Assembly (NCBI GenBank): GCA_965242725.1
Contig: CBDESZ010000021.1
Coordinates: forward strand, 1-64,000
From: Alkalispirochaeta sp.
Lineage (GTDB): Bacteria; Spirochaetota; Spirochaetia; DSM-27196; Alkalispirochaetaceae
Direction: 5' to 3'
Length of the DNA stretch: 64,000 nucleotides
The notes under the pieces are model-generated. The model was not told the origin of the DNA, ran no database searches, and saw nothing but the letters and a program-made list of their open reading frames with translations. A program made the position numbers and the translations under genes. Positions 1-10,175 of the stretch are shown here, piece by piece (the stretch's first letter is position 1; each line of letters opens with the position of its first letter).

Positions 1-2
1 GC

Positions 3-1751
3 AATACACGGACTACCCATGCGGCCCTGGGCGGAATGGATCCGGCGCTGCGCGTCGCCTTTTCAGGCGGCGCCGTCATGGGAATGAGCGTTGTGGGACT
101 CGTCCTGATGGGCATATCCGTCGTTCTGTGGATCGCCATTCGGCAGATCGGGAGCAGTGAGGCGATGATGGTCCAGTACGTCCTGCCGATCATGAGCGGA
201 TTCAGCCTCGGCGCCTCTTCAATCGCCCTCTTCGCCCGCCTCGGCGGCGGCATCTATACAAAGGCTGCCGACGTCGGCGCCGACCTCGTCGGCAAGGTGG
301 AGGCGGGAATTCCCGAGGACGATCCCCGCAATCCCGCGACGATCGCCGACAACGTGGGTGACAATGTGGGAGACGTCGCAGGTATGGGGGCAGACCTCTT
401 TGAGTCCTTTGTCGGCTCCCTCGTGGGCGCGATGATACTCGCCTTTTCCGTCGACGGCACGTACGACCTCAAACTGCGACTCCTCATGTATCCCGTGACC
501 CTCGGCGTCATAGGCATGGCGGCGTCCATTATCGGTATCCTTCTCGTACGCACCGGCGGGAAACGCACTCCCCAGGGAGCGCTCAATTTCGGAAGTTTCG
601 GCGCCGCCGTTCTCGCCTCGATCGGGGCGATACCCCTGGCCCTCCTGCTCTTCCGCGGACAGACCCTTCCCTCGGAAATGGCGTCACCCTGGCACCTCTA
701 CTGGCCCGTCCTTTTCGGGCTTGCCGCGGGGATCGGCATCGGCTACTTCACCGAGCACTTTACCGGCACCGGAAAGAAACCGGTCATGTCCATCGTTCGG
801 TCGGCGATGACCGGCCCGGCGACAACAATCATTACCGGCATGGGCGTGGGAATGCTCTCGGCCCTCTTTCCCATCGTCCTCATCGCCGTCGCCATTTATG
901 CGGGCCACTCCTTTGCGGGCCTGTACGGCGTCGCCGTCGCCGCGGTGGGAATGCTTGTAACCCTTGGCGTACAGCTCTCGGTGGACGCCTATGGTCCCAT
1001 CGCCGATAATGCGGGCGGACTGGCGGTGATGAGCGACTACCCCAAGGAAGTGCGTATGATCACCGACGAGCTGGACAGCGTGGGGAATACCACCGCAGCC
1101 GTCGGGAAGGGATTTGCAATCGGTTCCGCGGCGCTGACGGCGATCATTCTGCTCTCCAGTTTCCGGGAATCCGCCGGCGTGGCGGTGATCGACCTGGCAA
1201 ACTCGGATGTCCTCATCGGCGTCCTGCTTGGAGCGGTGATCCCCTATCTCTTCAGCGCCCTCGCCATGAACGCAATCGGGAAAGCCGCTTTCGAGATGAT
1301 TGAGGAGGTCCGCCGGCAGTTCAAGGAGTCCCCCAAAATTCTCGAAGGTGAGGAACTGCCGGACTACGATCGGTGCATCGCCATTTCCACAGCATCCGCC
1401 CTCGATCAGATGCGCCTGCCCGGCTTTATCGCCGTCGGTTCACCGGTTCTGGTCGGCTTTCTCGGCGGCATTGAGATGCTCTTCGGCCTCCTCGTCGGCG
1501 TGACCGCCAGCGGCGTGGTCCTGGCCATCTTTATGGCGAACTCCGGAGGTGCCTGGGACAACGCAAAGAAGATGGTAGAGTCTGGTGAAGGCGGCGGCAG
1601 GGGCAGCGAGGCCCATAAGGCGTCCGTCGTGGGCGACACCGTCGGTGATCCCTTCAAGGACACCGCAGGTCCGGCGATCAACATCCTTGTCAAGCTGATG
1701 TCCGTCGTCGCGTTGGTAATCGCCCCGATACTGAAAACAATGGGAGGATGA
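3..1751 (+). CDS. hppA: K+-dependent membrane-bound pyrophosphatase, probably Na+-translocating (5' end outside window)
   Basis: Motifs [45 protein letters not shown] (Ala) marks K+ dependence; DLFES places the Glu as in Na+-PPases. Frame is open to the window edge (NTRTTHAA...). Confidence 0.95.
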   Translation, partial: NTRTTHAALGGMDPALRVAFSGGAVMGMSVVGLVLMGISVVLWIAIRQIGSSEAMMVQYVLPIMSGFSLGASSIALFARLGGGIYTKAADVGADLVGKVEAGIPEDDPRNPATIADNVGDNVGDVAGMGADLFESFVGSLVGAMILAFSVDGTYDLKLRLLMYPVTLGVIGMAASIIGILLVRTGGKRTPQGALNFGSFGAAVLASIGAIPLALLLFRGQTLPSEMASPWHLYWPVLFGLAAGIGIGYFTEHFTGTGKKPVMSIVRSAMTGPATTIITGMGVGMLSALFPIVLIAVAIYAGHSFAGLYGVAVAAVGMLVTLGVQLSVDAYGPIADNAGGLAVMSDYPKEVRMITDELDSVGNTTAAVGKGFAIGSAALTAIILLSSFRESAGVAVIDLANSDVLIGVLLGAVIPYLFSALAMNAIGKAAFEMIEEVRRQFKESPKILEGEELPDYDRCIAISTASALDQMRLPGFIAVGSPVLVGFLGGIEMLFGLLVGVTASGVVLAIFMANSGGAWDNAKKMVESGEGGGRGSEAHKASVVGDTVGDPFKDTAGPAINILVKLMSVVALVIAPILKTMGG

Positions 1752-1752
1752 T

Positions 1753-2550
1753 ATGAGCACGAACAACCACTACGACCTGCACCTCTACGTTATTCTTCAC
1801 CCCGGTCCGGCGCTGATTGCGTCGCAAATGGGGCCTGAACAGTTTGCCCGGCACTACCTTGCCGGTTCCATTCGACACTATTCAGGAAAAGTGATCTTTG
1901 CCGAAATGGATCCAACCTTCCGCAATCCCTACTTTCACATCGATGAATACCTCTCGGACGTGCATGAGCACGAAGACGGTAGACCAAAGGCAACAAAGTT
2001 CATATCCGTCTACCGCGTCCTGGAACACCTGGACTTTTCTCTGATCAGGCACCTCTATCTGTCCACCCCGGAAGGGGCGGTACTGACGCTGGACCCAGGG
2101 GAAGACGTGCAGACCCGGGAGCCCGGTCTCCTGCGGGTCTATGCGGAAATCAACCCGGTACGGATGCTCGTACTGACCAGGATGAACTTCATGGAATTTG
2201 GAGATCTGGTTACGAGTCCTTCCATCCTCCGCAGCGTTCCGGCGATGGTATACACCCAGCTTGAGTTTGACGCAGAGGCATTTCTCAACGACTTTGAGCT
2301 GAACCCGATGCTTCCGTCGCCCCTGCCCAAGGTTCATCCGTCAAAACTGCGGGACGCAATCTATGAGCTCCAGGGGTCAAGCAGAAAGCCAACCAAAGGT
2401 CTCCTCCTTGACTCGAGTTTCGACTCCATTCCCTACAAGATGGTCCGCCACGGATTCATGTTTGCCCGCCACGGGGAGTATCGCTTCTTCCGCATGCCGG
2501 CGATGCAGGAGATCGAAAAGTCGAACTACAAGTTCTGGAAGGCGATGTAG
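1753..2550 (+). CDS. Hypothetical soluble protein, 265 aa, with two similar halves
   Basis: ATG 1 nt after hppA stop, GGAGG within the hppA 3' end, normal globular composition; no family recognised. Confidence 0.85.
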   Translation: MSTNNHYDLHLYVILHPGPALIASQMGPEQFARHYLAGSIRHYSGKVIFAEMDPTFRNPYFHIDEYLSDVHEHEDGRPKATKFISVYRVLEHLDFSLIRHLYLSTPEGAVLTLDPGEDVQTREPGLLRVYAEINPVRMLVLTRMNFMEFGDLVTSPSILRSVPAMVYTQLEFDAEAFLNDFELNPMLPSPLPKVHPSKLRDAIYELQGSSRKPTKGLLLDSSFDSIPYKMVRHGFMFARHGEYRFFRMPAMQEIEKSNYKFWKAM

Positions 2551-2625
2551 GGAGAAACCAAATGGTAACGGCGCCCGCTCCGCATCGGCCGCTATCCCGG
2601 GGCGGCCACGGTCGTAGACCCGCCG

Positions 2626-3213
2626 CTACCCCGTAACGGCGAGCCCCGCCTGGAGGAGAGCCCAGTAGCCAACGACCCGCGGCGCGCGCCACAACGCCGC
2701 CGCGAGAAAGCGTCGGAACGGCAGGCGCATCATCCCGGCGATCCACGAGATCGTCGAAAACGGCAGAGGAGTCAGGGTCGCCGCTACGACTCCCCAGTAG
2801 CCGTAGCGCTCAACGAGGCGGGCGCCCCGCTCATAGTAGCCCGCTACGGTGCGCTGCACAAAGGGAAGAAAATAGAGCCCCCTGCCGATCCAGTAGCCCA
2901 GCACCCCGCCGAGGATCGATGCCGCGCTCACCACGAGAAGCAGTGGCAGCGGCTGCCAGTCGTGGGTAAGGGGAAAGACGATGTCCAGCGTCGCCGGGAC
3001 GATGAAGGTATCCACCGTCAGGACGAAGGCAAAGACGCCCGCGAGTCCCGCCCGATCGATAAGGCGCTCCGCCTCCGCTTCAAAGGGGAGCTCCAGACGA
3101 ACGAATGTGACGGATACGACAAGAAACAGAAACAGTACAACCACCGTCCGCCCCGCGAGCTTCCACGTGTCGATGTGGACCGGCGTCGGACGGTCGTCGG
3201 CGCGTTGCTTCAC
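2626..3213 (-). CDS. DedA/VTT (YqaA-like) membrane protein
   Basis: Hydrophobic segments, GGVLGYWIGR and LTPLPFSTISWIAG motifs; GTG start overlapping the upstream stop (GTGA at 3213-3210). Confidence 0.85.
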   Translation of the reverse strand: MKQRADDRPTPVHIDTWKLAGRTVVVLFLFLVVSVTFVRLELPFEAEAERLIDRAGLAGVFAFVLTVDTFIVPATLDIVFPLTHDWQPLPLLLVVSAASILGGVLGYWIGRGLYFLPFVQRTVAGYYERGARLVERYGYWGVVAATLTPLPFSTISWIAGMMRLPFRRFLAAALWRAPRVVGYWALLQAGLAVTG

Positions 3214-4573
3214 TCGACGAGGACGATCTGTATATCGCATACGTTTGTGTTTGTCGGACCGGTCATGAGCAGGGCGTCCACCGACTCCAGCAGGTGATAG
3301 GCGTCGTTGCGGGCAAGGGCGTCTGAAATCGCCTCACCTGTCGTTTTTTTTGCCACATCCCGTGCAGCCCAGCCGCCGGCGGCGTCGGTGGGACCGTCAT
3401 TTCCGTCCGTCCCGAAAGAGAAAAAGGTGACGCCGCCGTAGCTTTCAGGGTGAGAAGCCATTTCAGACAGGACCGCCAGCGCCATTTCCTGATTCCTTCC
3501 GCCCTTCCCCTCGCCTCGGAGCGTAACCGTCGTCTCTCCCCCGGCAAGGATGCACGCCGGTCGGGGAATCGGCACATCTCTTTTTGCGCAGTCCGCGGCG
3601 ACGGCGGTGAAGAGGCGCGCCATTTCCCGCGCTTCTCCGGTGAGCCTGCTTGTCAGAACGAGGGTATGGTATCCGAGTGCTTCGGCGGTGCGACGCGCCG
3701 CATCAACGGCCTGTGCGTTTGTCCCGATGAGGACGGGCCTCACCCTCTCAAAAACGGCATCACCCGGTTTGGGTGTGTCAAGGACCTCCCCGCGTACACC
3801 GCCCTCCAGAAGCGCCCGGACCCGTACCGGCAATCTGTCGAGAATTTCGTATTGCCGACAGATTCTCATGGCGTCATTGAAAGTCGTGGGATCGGGCGCC
3901 GCCACGCCGGAGGCAATGCTTTCAAGTTCATCACCGACAACGTCGGAAAGGATTAACGGTACCACCGTTGCGGGAGCGGCGAGGCCGCAGAATCGGCCGC
4001 CCGAAATGGCGGAGAGGTGCTTTCGGACGCAGTTGATCTCACCGATGGGCGTCCCGGCGCCGAGGAGGAGTTGTGTCGTTTCCTGAATATCCTCGAGATT
4101 GACGGAAAGCTCTCCGTGCTCCGCAGGCAGCGTCAGAAGAGAGCTTCCTCCGCCGGAAATAACCATGAGTATGAGCGTCTCCGCGCCCGCCCCGCGGGCT
4201 ATATCCGCGATCTCCGGGCGGCGGCGAGACTGTTCTCGTCCGGGACGGGATGCCCCGCCTCGACTAGCCGAATCCTCCGGGGATGCTGATCCGCTTCACC
4301 GAGATGTCCGTATTTCACCGCGACGACACCGCCGTCAATGCGGTCGCCAAGGACGGCTTCCAGGCCGTACGCCATCGTTGCTCCCGCCTTTCCCGCTCCG
4401 ACAACGATGATTTTCCGAAATAGAGCGAGAGAGACCGAAAAGGAGTCGTGTTCCGTGGATATGTGCAGTTCACCGTCCCGCAGGGAAACGCAGTCGGTAA
4501 TCATACGTACGGGATCGACGCGACCGATTGCCGCATCCATAATCGCCTTTCCGGCGGCATACCCTCTTTGCAT
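3210..4573 (-). pseudogene. Glycerate 2-kinase / MOFRL family (DUF4147+MOFRL), split by a 1-bp deletion near 4214
   Basis: N-half (VVGAGKAG, EAGHPVPDE) is in ORF 4199..4738 and C-half (ISGGGSSL, GGETTV, GTDGNDG, TGPTNTNVCD) in ORF 3210..4166. Adding one G at CGG^AG joins them as ...AAAR-EIADIARG...ISGGGS. Could be an assembly error. Confidence 0.85.
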
Positions 4574-4578
4574 ATTCC

Positions 4579-5256
4579 TCACTTCTTTCGGGATTCCCAT
4601 TTGAGGCGGGTCTCCGCCTTGTTCAGATTGGACCGAATCCACGGCACGTCCTGCAGCTCCAGAGCCTTGTGAAACGCCGCCACCGCTTCCCCGGGGACGT
4701 TCAGATGGTCCAGATAGACGACTCCCAGATTGTTCCACCCCGAGACATTTGTCCGGTCAAATTCCACCGCCTGCTGAAACATGCGAGCCGCCTCTTCATG
4801 GTTCCCGGATTCCAGAAGGCGGTTACCCTCCAGGAGGGTATCCCGGGATTTCAGGGCATCCTTGAAACGCAGGGGATCTCCGGCGACGGCAATCCGTTCG
4901 GTAATGTACATGCGGTCGGAATCGGGACACTCCTCCGCGAGGGCACGGGTGTACATCGCAACCGCTTCATCGCGCTTTCCCCACTGATAATAGAGATCTC
5001 CCAATACGCGCAACCGGGGATAGTGTTCTCCAAAGTCTTCCAGTTCCTTCAGGAGGAGCGGCTCGGCCCGTTCAAAATCGCCCCGGGCCGCCCAGACCAA
5101 CGCGAGATGGTGATGGATTCCCGGTCGCGAAGGTTGCAGCTCCAGCACCGCCTGAAACGCTTCCTCCGCCCCGGTGTAGTCACCGGCGACGTACTTGTTG
5201 AGCCCTGATCGTACCAGCATTTCCACCTTGAAACGGGTAAATATCGACAATTTCAC
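4579..5256 (-). CDS. Tetratricopeptide repeat protein
   Basis: Multiple TPR-like helical pairs (AEEAFQAVLELQP, WNNLGVVY, AVAAFHKALEL); GTG start chosen from promoter spacing. Confidence 0.85.
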   Translation of the reverse strand: MKLSIFTRFKVEMLVRSGLNKYVAGDYTGAEEAFQAVLELQPSRPGIHHHLALVWAARGDFERAEPLLLKELEDFGEHYPRLRVLGDLYYQWGKRDEAVAMYTRALAEECPDSDRMYITERIAVAGDPLRFKDALKSRDTLLEGNRLLESGNHEEAARMFQQAVEFDRTNVSGWNNLGVVYLDHLNVPGEAVAAFHKALELQDVPWIRSNLNKAETRLKWESRKK

Positions 5257-5271
5257 CGCGGAATAGTACCA
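5257..5271 (-). promoter_or_regulatory. Extended -10 promoter (TG-G-TACTAT) 6 nt before the GTG of the TPR gene; putative leaderless start
   Basis: Plus-strand atagta at 5263-5268 reads TACTAT on minus; no SD. Confidence 0.5.
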
Positions 5272-5354
5272 CGGAAGGGAGCGCCCGTTCCACGTATAGC
5301 CGAGGGACACATCGCTCTCGGCGACCTAGTTTAATATTTCGTATAACATTTTTC

Positions 5355-5426
5355 TTGCATATTCGCCGGAGCGTGGTATGATAAAAAACACGATGTATCC
5401 TATATCGTGTTTTTTATCAAAGGAGG
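5355..5426 (+). promoter_or_regulatory. Sigma70-type promoter (TTGCAT-N16-TATGAT, extended TG) overlapped by a perfect 16-bp inverted repeat, followed by SD AAGGAGG
   Basis: TGATAAAAAACACGAT (5379-5394), N9, ATCGTGTTTTTTATCA (5404-5419); AT-rich intergenic region. Confidence 0.7.
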
Positions 5427-5431
5427 AACGA

Positions 5432-6448
5432 ATGAAACGTTTCACACACATTGTCGTGTCCCTGGCCATTCTCCTGATCGTCGCAAACGGCGTCGTCTTT
5501 GCATCCGGAGAAGCGGAGATGCCTGCCGGGTCGGGTGAGGGCACTCAGAAAACGGTGGATTTTCCCACCCGTCCGGTGCAGTACATCGTCGGATGGTCTG
5601 CCGGCGGCGGTTCGGATATCGTCAGTCGCGTACTGACGGCGGAAGCGGAGAAGTTTCTCGGCCAGCCGATCACCGTTGTCAATCACTCCGGTGGCTCGGG
5701 AGCGCGATCGTACACGGAAATCGCCAATGCCCCGCCCGACGGATACACAATCGGAAACACGACGGGCACCATTTCCACCCACGTCTTCATGGGCAACCTC
5801 GATTTCGGTCATGAAGCGTTTGTACCGATCATTACGATCAATTCCGACCCCGGTGCGATCTGGGTAGCCGATGACGCGCAGTGGCAGACGTTGAACGACC
5901 TCGTCGATGATCTGCGGGCAAACCCTGAATCGATTACCATCGCCTCATCCAACCCCGGATCAATCACCCGCTTCGGCACCGTCCTTCTTGAACAGGCCGC
6001 AGGCGTCAAGTTTCAGATCGCAAGCCAGTCGGGTGGAGAGTCCGCCGGACCGGGACTCGTCGCGGGAGGACATGTCGACGCATGTCAGGCCGCACCGGTA
6101 ACGGCACAGGCACTCTACGAAGCGGGAGAGATACGGCCCCTGGGCGTCATGGATGAAGAGCGGGTGCCGGCATTCCCGGAAATCCCCACCTACAAAGAAC
6201 AGGGTTTCGATATCACCATTTACAACATGCGCCAGATCATCGCTCCCAGGGACACACCGGAAGAGATCGTAAATATACTGTATGAGGCGTTCCGCCAGGC
6301 GGCAAACTCGGAAACGTATCAAAACTTCATGCTCGAATCCGGCTCAACGCCCCTCGACTGGGGCCCCGAGCGCTCACGGGAATATCTCATCGAGCAGGAC
6401 GAAATGTTCAAGGCGATGATCATCGAATCGGGCCTGTACGTTGAATAA
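5432..6448 (+). CDS. tctC: Tripartite tricarboxylate transporter substrate-binding protein (TctC/Bug)
   Basis: FPTRPVQYIVGWSAGGGSD, VVNHSGGSG, PPDGYT, PEIPTYKEQG; signal peptide; strong SD. Confidence 0.92.
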   Translation: MKRFTHIVVSLAILLIVANGVVFASGEAEMPAGSGEGTQKTVDFPTRPVQYIVGWSAGGGSDIVSRVLTAEAEKFLGQPITVVNHSGGSGARSYTEIANAPPDGYTIGNTTGTISTHVFMGNLDFGHEAFVPIITINSDPGAIWVADDAQWQTLNDLVDDLRANPESITIASSNPGSITRFGTVLLEQAAGVKFQIASQSGGESAGPGLVAGGHVDACQAAPVTAQALYEAGEIRPLGVMDEERVPAFPEIPTYKEQGFDITIYNMRQIIAPRDTPEEIVNILYEAFRQAANSETYQNFMLESGSTPLDWGPERSREYLIEQDEMFKAMIIESGLYVE

Positions 6449-6471
6449 TCGCATCAGGTAGGAGAATGCAG

Positions 6472-6888
6472 ATGATTACACAAATTGATCACATCGAGAT
6501 CATCGTCAACGATGTGAAACGACATGTAGAGTTCTACCAGAAGCTTGGATTCAAGCTTCTGACGTGGACGGACCATCACGGCGGGTCGGCGGAGCTGCAG
6601 CTCCCCGGCCCCAATCAACCGATCATCGAGATGCACTCGGTGATCGATGAAGAAAACATCGGTGTGAACCACATCGCCTTCCGCGCGGACGACGTCGTAA
6701 AGACCGCGGACGAGCTGAAGGCGCAGGGAATCACCTTCCAGAAGGACCCCTACCGCAACCGCCACACCGGTCGTGCAAATGCCCGCTTCCGCGATCCCGA
6801 CGGGTGGCGTCTGCAGCTGTGCGACGAAAAACGCAAAGAGCCGGAAAAAGGCGTCGAAGAGTCCGACGTCGTGGCGGAACTGGAATGA
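6472..6888 (+). CDS. VOC (glyoxalase/bleomycin resistance/dioxygenase) family protein
   Basis: IDHIEIIV...FYQKLGF, NHIAFRADDV, FRDPDGWRLQL; SD AGGAG 7 nt upstream. Confidence 0.88.
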   Translation: MITQIDHIEIIVNDVKRHVEFYQKLGFKLLTWTDHHGGSAELQLPGPNQPIIEMHSVIDEENIGVNHIAFRADDVVKTADELKAQGITFQKDPYRNRHTGRANARFRDPDGWRLQLCDEKRKEPEKGVEESDVVAELE

Positions 6889-7370
6889 ACGTTCGGGAAG
6901 TGAGTCCCTTGCGCAACAAGGCGACATTCCTTGGGACGGTGCTTCTGGTGGCAAGTGTGGTATTCCTTATCGGGGTATCCCGGTTTCCCGATACTGCGGC
7001 GCGTTACCGCTCCATCGCTCCTTCTTTCTTCCCCAATCTGCTCGGGACCGCACTGGCGGTCCTGAGCGTGCTCCTTTTCATCGAGGGCGTCCGGTCCGCA
7101 CCGGCACCTGTTTTTGACATACAGGGTGAAAAGGGAAACGGGATGAAGGCGGGACTCCTCGTGGTGGTTCTCATCGTCTTTGTCTCCCTCTTCCGAATCC
7201 TCGGTTTCGGGATCGTTTCCTTCCTGCTGACCGCTACGCTGCAGCTGCTGCTCGGTGAGCGGCGGGCGCTGCGGGTAACCGGTGTTTCCCTTCTGGTGGC
7301 GGGGTCGCTGCATCTCGTCTTTGTCGTACTCCTCCGGGTTCCTCTTCCGGTGGGACTGCTCTTTCGGTAA
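6885..7370 (+). CDS. tctB: Tripartite tricarboxylate transporter small subunit TctB
   Basis: About 4 TM helices, PSFFP and LLRVPLPVG motifs; ATGA overlap with the VOC gene. Confidence 0.88.
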   Translation: MNVREVSPLRNKATFLGTVLLVASVVFLIGVSRFPDTAARYRSIAPSFFPNLLGTALAVLSVLLFIEGVRSAPAPVFDIQGEKGNGMKAGLLVVVLIVFVSLFRILGFGIVSFLLTATLQLLLGERRALRVTGVSLLVAGSLHLVFVVLLRVPLPVGLLFR

Positions 7371-7381
7371 TCGGGGTACCT

Positions 7382-8887
7382 ATGGAACTGTTACAAGCAC
7401 TTGAACTGGTCATGGATCTCCAGGTGATTCTCCTCGTCTTTGGAGGCACCGCTCTGGGGATTCTCGTGGGAGCCCTGCCCGGGCTTTCCGCAACGATGGG
7501 CCTCGCCGTTCTTCTCCCCATTTCGTTCTACATGACCCCCGTCAGAGGAATTCTGCTTCTCCTCGGCATGTACACCGGGGCGATATACGGCGGGTCCTTT
7601 TCGGCGATTCTCCTCAACATTCCCGGAGCTCCCCCGGCGGTCATGACGGCACTGGACGGCTACCCCATGGCTCGCAGGGGTGAGGCGGGACGGGCGATCG
7701 TCATCTCCACCCTCTCCTCCTTTGTGGGAGGTGTCTTCGGCGTTATCTGTCTGATCATTATCGCGCCGTGGCTCGCCCGCTTTGCCCTCGACTTCGGCCC
7801 CGCCGAGTATGCCCTGCTTGCCCTCTTCGGTCTCTCGACGATCGTCGCCGTGGCGGGAAAATCGATGGTCCGCGGTTTTATCGGCGTGACAATAGGTCTC
7901 ATCCTGGCCATCGTCGGCCTTGACCAGTTCACCAATGTACCGCGGTTCACCTTCGGACGATATGAACTGATGTCGGGAATCAGCTACATTCCCCTGGTCA
8001 TCGGTGTCTTCGGACTCGCGGAGGTGATTACCCAGGTGCTCTCCCTCCACGATGGCGAAGGAACGGTACAGAAAGTGGGTTCTCTCCAGGCAAACAGAAA
8101 AGACATCGGTGCAATTCTGCGCAAATTCTGGCCTTCAAGCATCATCGGCACGATTATCGGAGTCCTGCCCGGTGCGGGTGGTACGATCGCGTCGATCATT
8201 TCCTACAACCAGGCGGTGCAGACGTCGCGCCACCCCGAGACATTCGGCACCGGCGAGCCTGAGGGCCTGATAGCCGCAGAATCATCCAACAACGCCGCCG
8301 TCGGCGGATCTCTCGTGCCGCTGTTGACACTGGGAATCCCGGGCAGCTCCCCCGCGGCTATTCTGCTCGGCGCCTTGATGATTCACAACCTCCGGCCCGG
8401 ACCGATGCTCTTCATTCAGCAGCGCCCGATGGTGAACGCCTTCTTTATCGGCCTGATGGTTGCGCAGGTTGCGATGGTGGTGGTCGGTCTCATTGCGGCC
8501 CGTGTCGCACCCTATCTGATATCGACAAGCAAGCGGGTCATGCTGCCGATCATTTCCCTCCTCTGCGTCATCGGGGCATTTGCCTTGAGCAGCAGTTACT
8601 TCGATGTGACGCTGATGCTGATATTCGGAATAACCGGATTCTTCCTCAAACATCTTGGCATTAAGCCTGCCCCCATCGTGCTCGGCCTTATCCTGGGTCC
8701 CATGTTTGAAAGTAATTTTCGCAGCGCCCTTGAGCTGTCCCGAACGGGATATCTCGTATTCGTCACCCGGCCGATAAGCATCGTTCTGATCATTCTCATC
8801 GTCATGGTCATCGTGTGGCCCATCTTCCAGAAAAAGATGATGGACCGGAGACGCGCAGACGGAGCAGGTAGAGACGGTTCCGTGTAA
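7382..8887 (+). CDS. tctA: Tripartite tricarboxylate transporter large permease TctA
   Basis: GALPGLSATMG, AILLNIPG, DGYPMARRGEAG, AAESSNNA, PLLTLGIPG. Confidence 0.95.
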   Translation: MELLQALELVMDLQVILLVFGGTALGILVGALPGLSATMGLAVLLPISFYMTPVRGILLLLGMYTGAIYGGSFSAILLNIPGAPPAVMTALDGYPMARRGEAGRAIVISTLSSFVGGVFGVICLIIIAPWLARFALDFGPAEYALLALFGLSTIVAVAGKSMVRGFIGVTIGLILAIVGLDQFTNVPRFTFGRYELMSGISYIPLVIGVFGLAEVITQVLSLHDGEGTVQKVGSLQANRKDIGAILRKFWPSSIIGTIIGVLPGAGGTIASIISYNQAVQTSRHPETFGTGEPEGLIAAESSNNAAVGGSLVPLLTLGIPGSSPAAILLGALMIHNLRPGPMLFIQQRPMVNAFFIGLMVAQVAMVVVGLIAARVAPYLISTSKRVMLPIISLLCVIGAFALSSSYFDVTLMLIFGITGFFLKHLGIKPAPIVLGLILGPMFESNFRSALELSRTGYLVFVTRPISIVLIILIVMVIVWPIFQKKMMDRRRADGAGRDGSV

Positions 8888-8897
8888 ACTGATAGCG

Positions 8898-10175
8898 ATG
8901 ACGCCGCACAGGAACAGCCTCCCGTCCGCCGGGGATTTCACATTGAAATCCCTGGTACTACCCTTCTATCTTCCCTCTGCCCTCGCCTTCATCGGTGCGG
9001 GCATGGTCATGCCTTTGCTCGCCATCTTTGCCCGGCAGGTCGGTGCGACCGTTGCCGGGGCGAGCGTCATCGTGGGGTTGTTCGGATTCGGGAGTCTGCT
9101 CTTCAACGTACCGGCGGGACTCATTATCACCCGCTTCGGCAAACGCCCGGTTATTATCGTCGCAACCTTCTGTGAGGCGACCCTGGCCGTCATTCTCAGT
9201 TTTGCCCGCACCCCCCTCTTTCTCGGTACATTTGTCTTTCTGCTGGGCTTTTCCCACACCGTCTTCTTTGTCTCCCGTCTCTCGTTTTTCCGTACACTCG
9301 TTCCCCTGGAACGTCGGGGGCGGGCCCTCGCCCTCATCGGGGGCGGCAATCGCCTCGGTCAGTTTATCGGTCCCATTATCGGAGGCTTTGTCGCCCAGCA
9401 GTGGGGGCACCGATACGCCTTTTTGAGTTTTGCCGTATTGCTTTATGTAAGCCTCTTCTTCCTGTACCGGTGGGTTCCGTCGGAAACCGGGAGCGATGAA
9501 AAACGCATTCCGGGAAGCGGCGGTGCAGGAAAAAGTGCCTTCGGCTCGGTCGCGAAAATTGTCGGGGAACACCGGCGCGTCTTTGCCACCGCAGGGCTTT
9601 CGGTCATAATCCTGCAGCTCATGCGCACGGCCCGTCAGGCCCTCGTTCCCCTTGTAGGCGAGTCGATCGGTCTTTCCGTTTCACAGGTGGGCATCGTCGT
9701 CGGGATCATGTTCCTTGCGGAAGTCATTCTCTTCTATCCCGCCGGAATGGTCATGGACCGCTGGGGCCGGAAGGCCACCGCCCTGCCCTGTCTCCTCATC
9801 GTCTCCGTCTCGATGGGCCTTCTGCCGCTGGCATCCTCCTTTTCGGGGCTGGCGGCGATCGTGCTCCTTGCGGGAATCGGCAACGGCATCGGAAGCGGCA
9901 TCAATATGACTCTGAGCACCGACTTTGCCCCCGCGAGAAATCCCGGCGAGTTTATCGGCGTCTGGAGATTGATCGTCGATCTCGGCACTGCAGGCGGCCC
10001 TTTCCTGGTCGGCGCCCTGGCGGGAGCGGTCAGCCTCGGCGGTGCCGCTGTGGCCGCCGCAGCCGCGGGGCTTGTGGGAACGGCTGTAATGGGACTCCTC
10101 GTACCTGAACCGCTGTACCGCCCGCGGTCATCAGGTGGCGTCGGCGGCCCCGGCCCGGACGGCAGCGGCCGTTAG
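8898..10175 (+). CDS. MFS transporter
   Basis: About 12 TM segments, motif A-like GLIITRFGKR and GMVMDRWGRK. Confidence 0.9.
   Translation: MTPHRNSLPSAGDFTLKSLVLPFYLPSALAFIGAGMVMPLLAIFARQVGATVAGASVIVGLFGFGSLLFNVPAGLIITRFGKRPVIIVATFCEATLAVILSFARTPLFLGTFVFLLGFSHTVFFVSRLSFFRTLVPLERRGRALALIGGGNRLGQFIGPIIGGFVAQQWGHRYAFLSFAVLLYVSLFFLYRWVPSETGSDEKRIPGSGGAGKSAFGSVAKIVGEHRRVFATAGLSVIILQLMRTARQALVPLVGESIGLSVSQVGIVVGIMFLAEVILFYPAGMVMDRWGRKATALPCLLIVSVSMGLLPLASSFSGLAAIVLLAGIGNGIGSGINMTLSTDFAPARNPGEFIGVWRLIVDLGTAGGPFLVGALAGAVSLGGAAVAAAAAGLVGTAVMGLLVPEPLYRPRSSGGVGGPGPDGSGR

Noticed and set aside
4199..4230. Programmed ribosomal frameshift in glycerate kinase
   Set aside because: No slippery heptamer or evident stimulatory structure; a 1-bp deletion or sequencing error is simpler.
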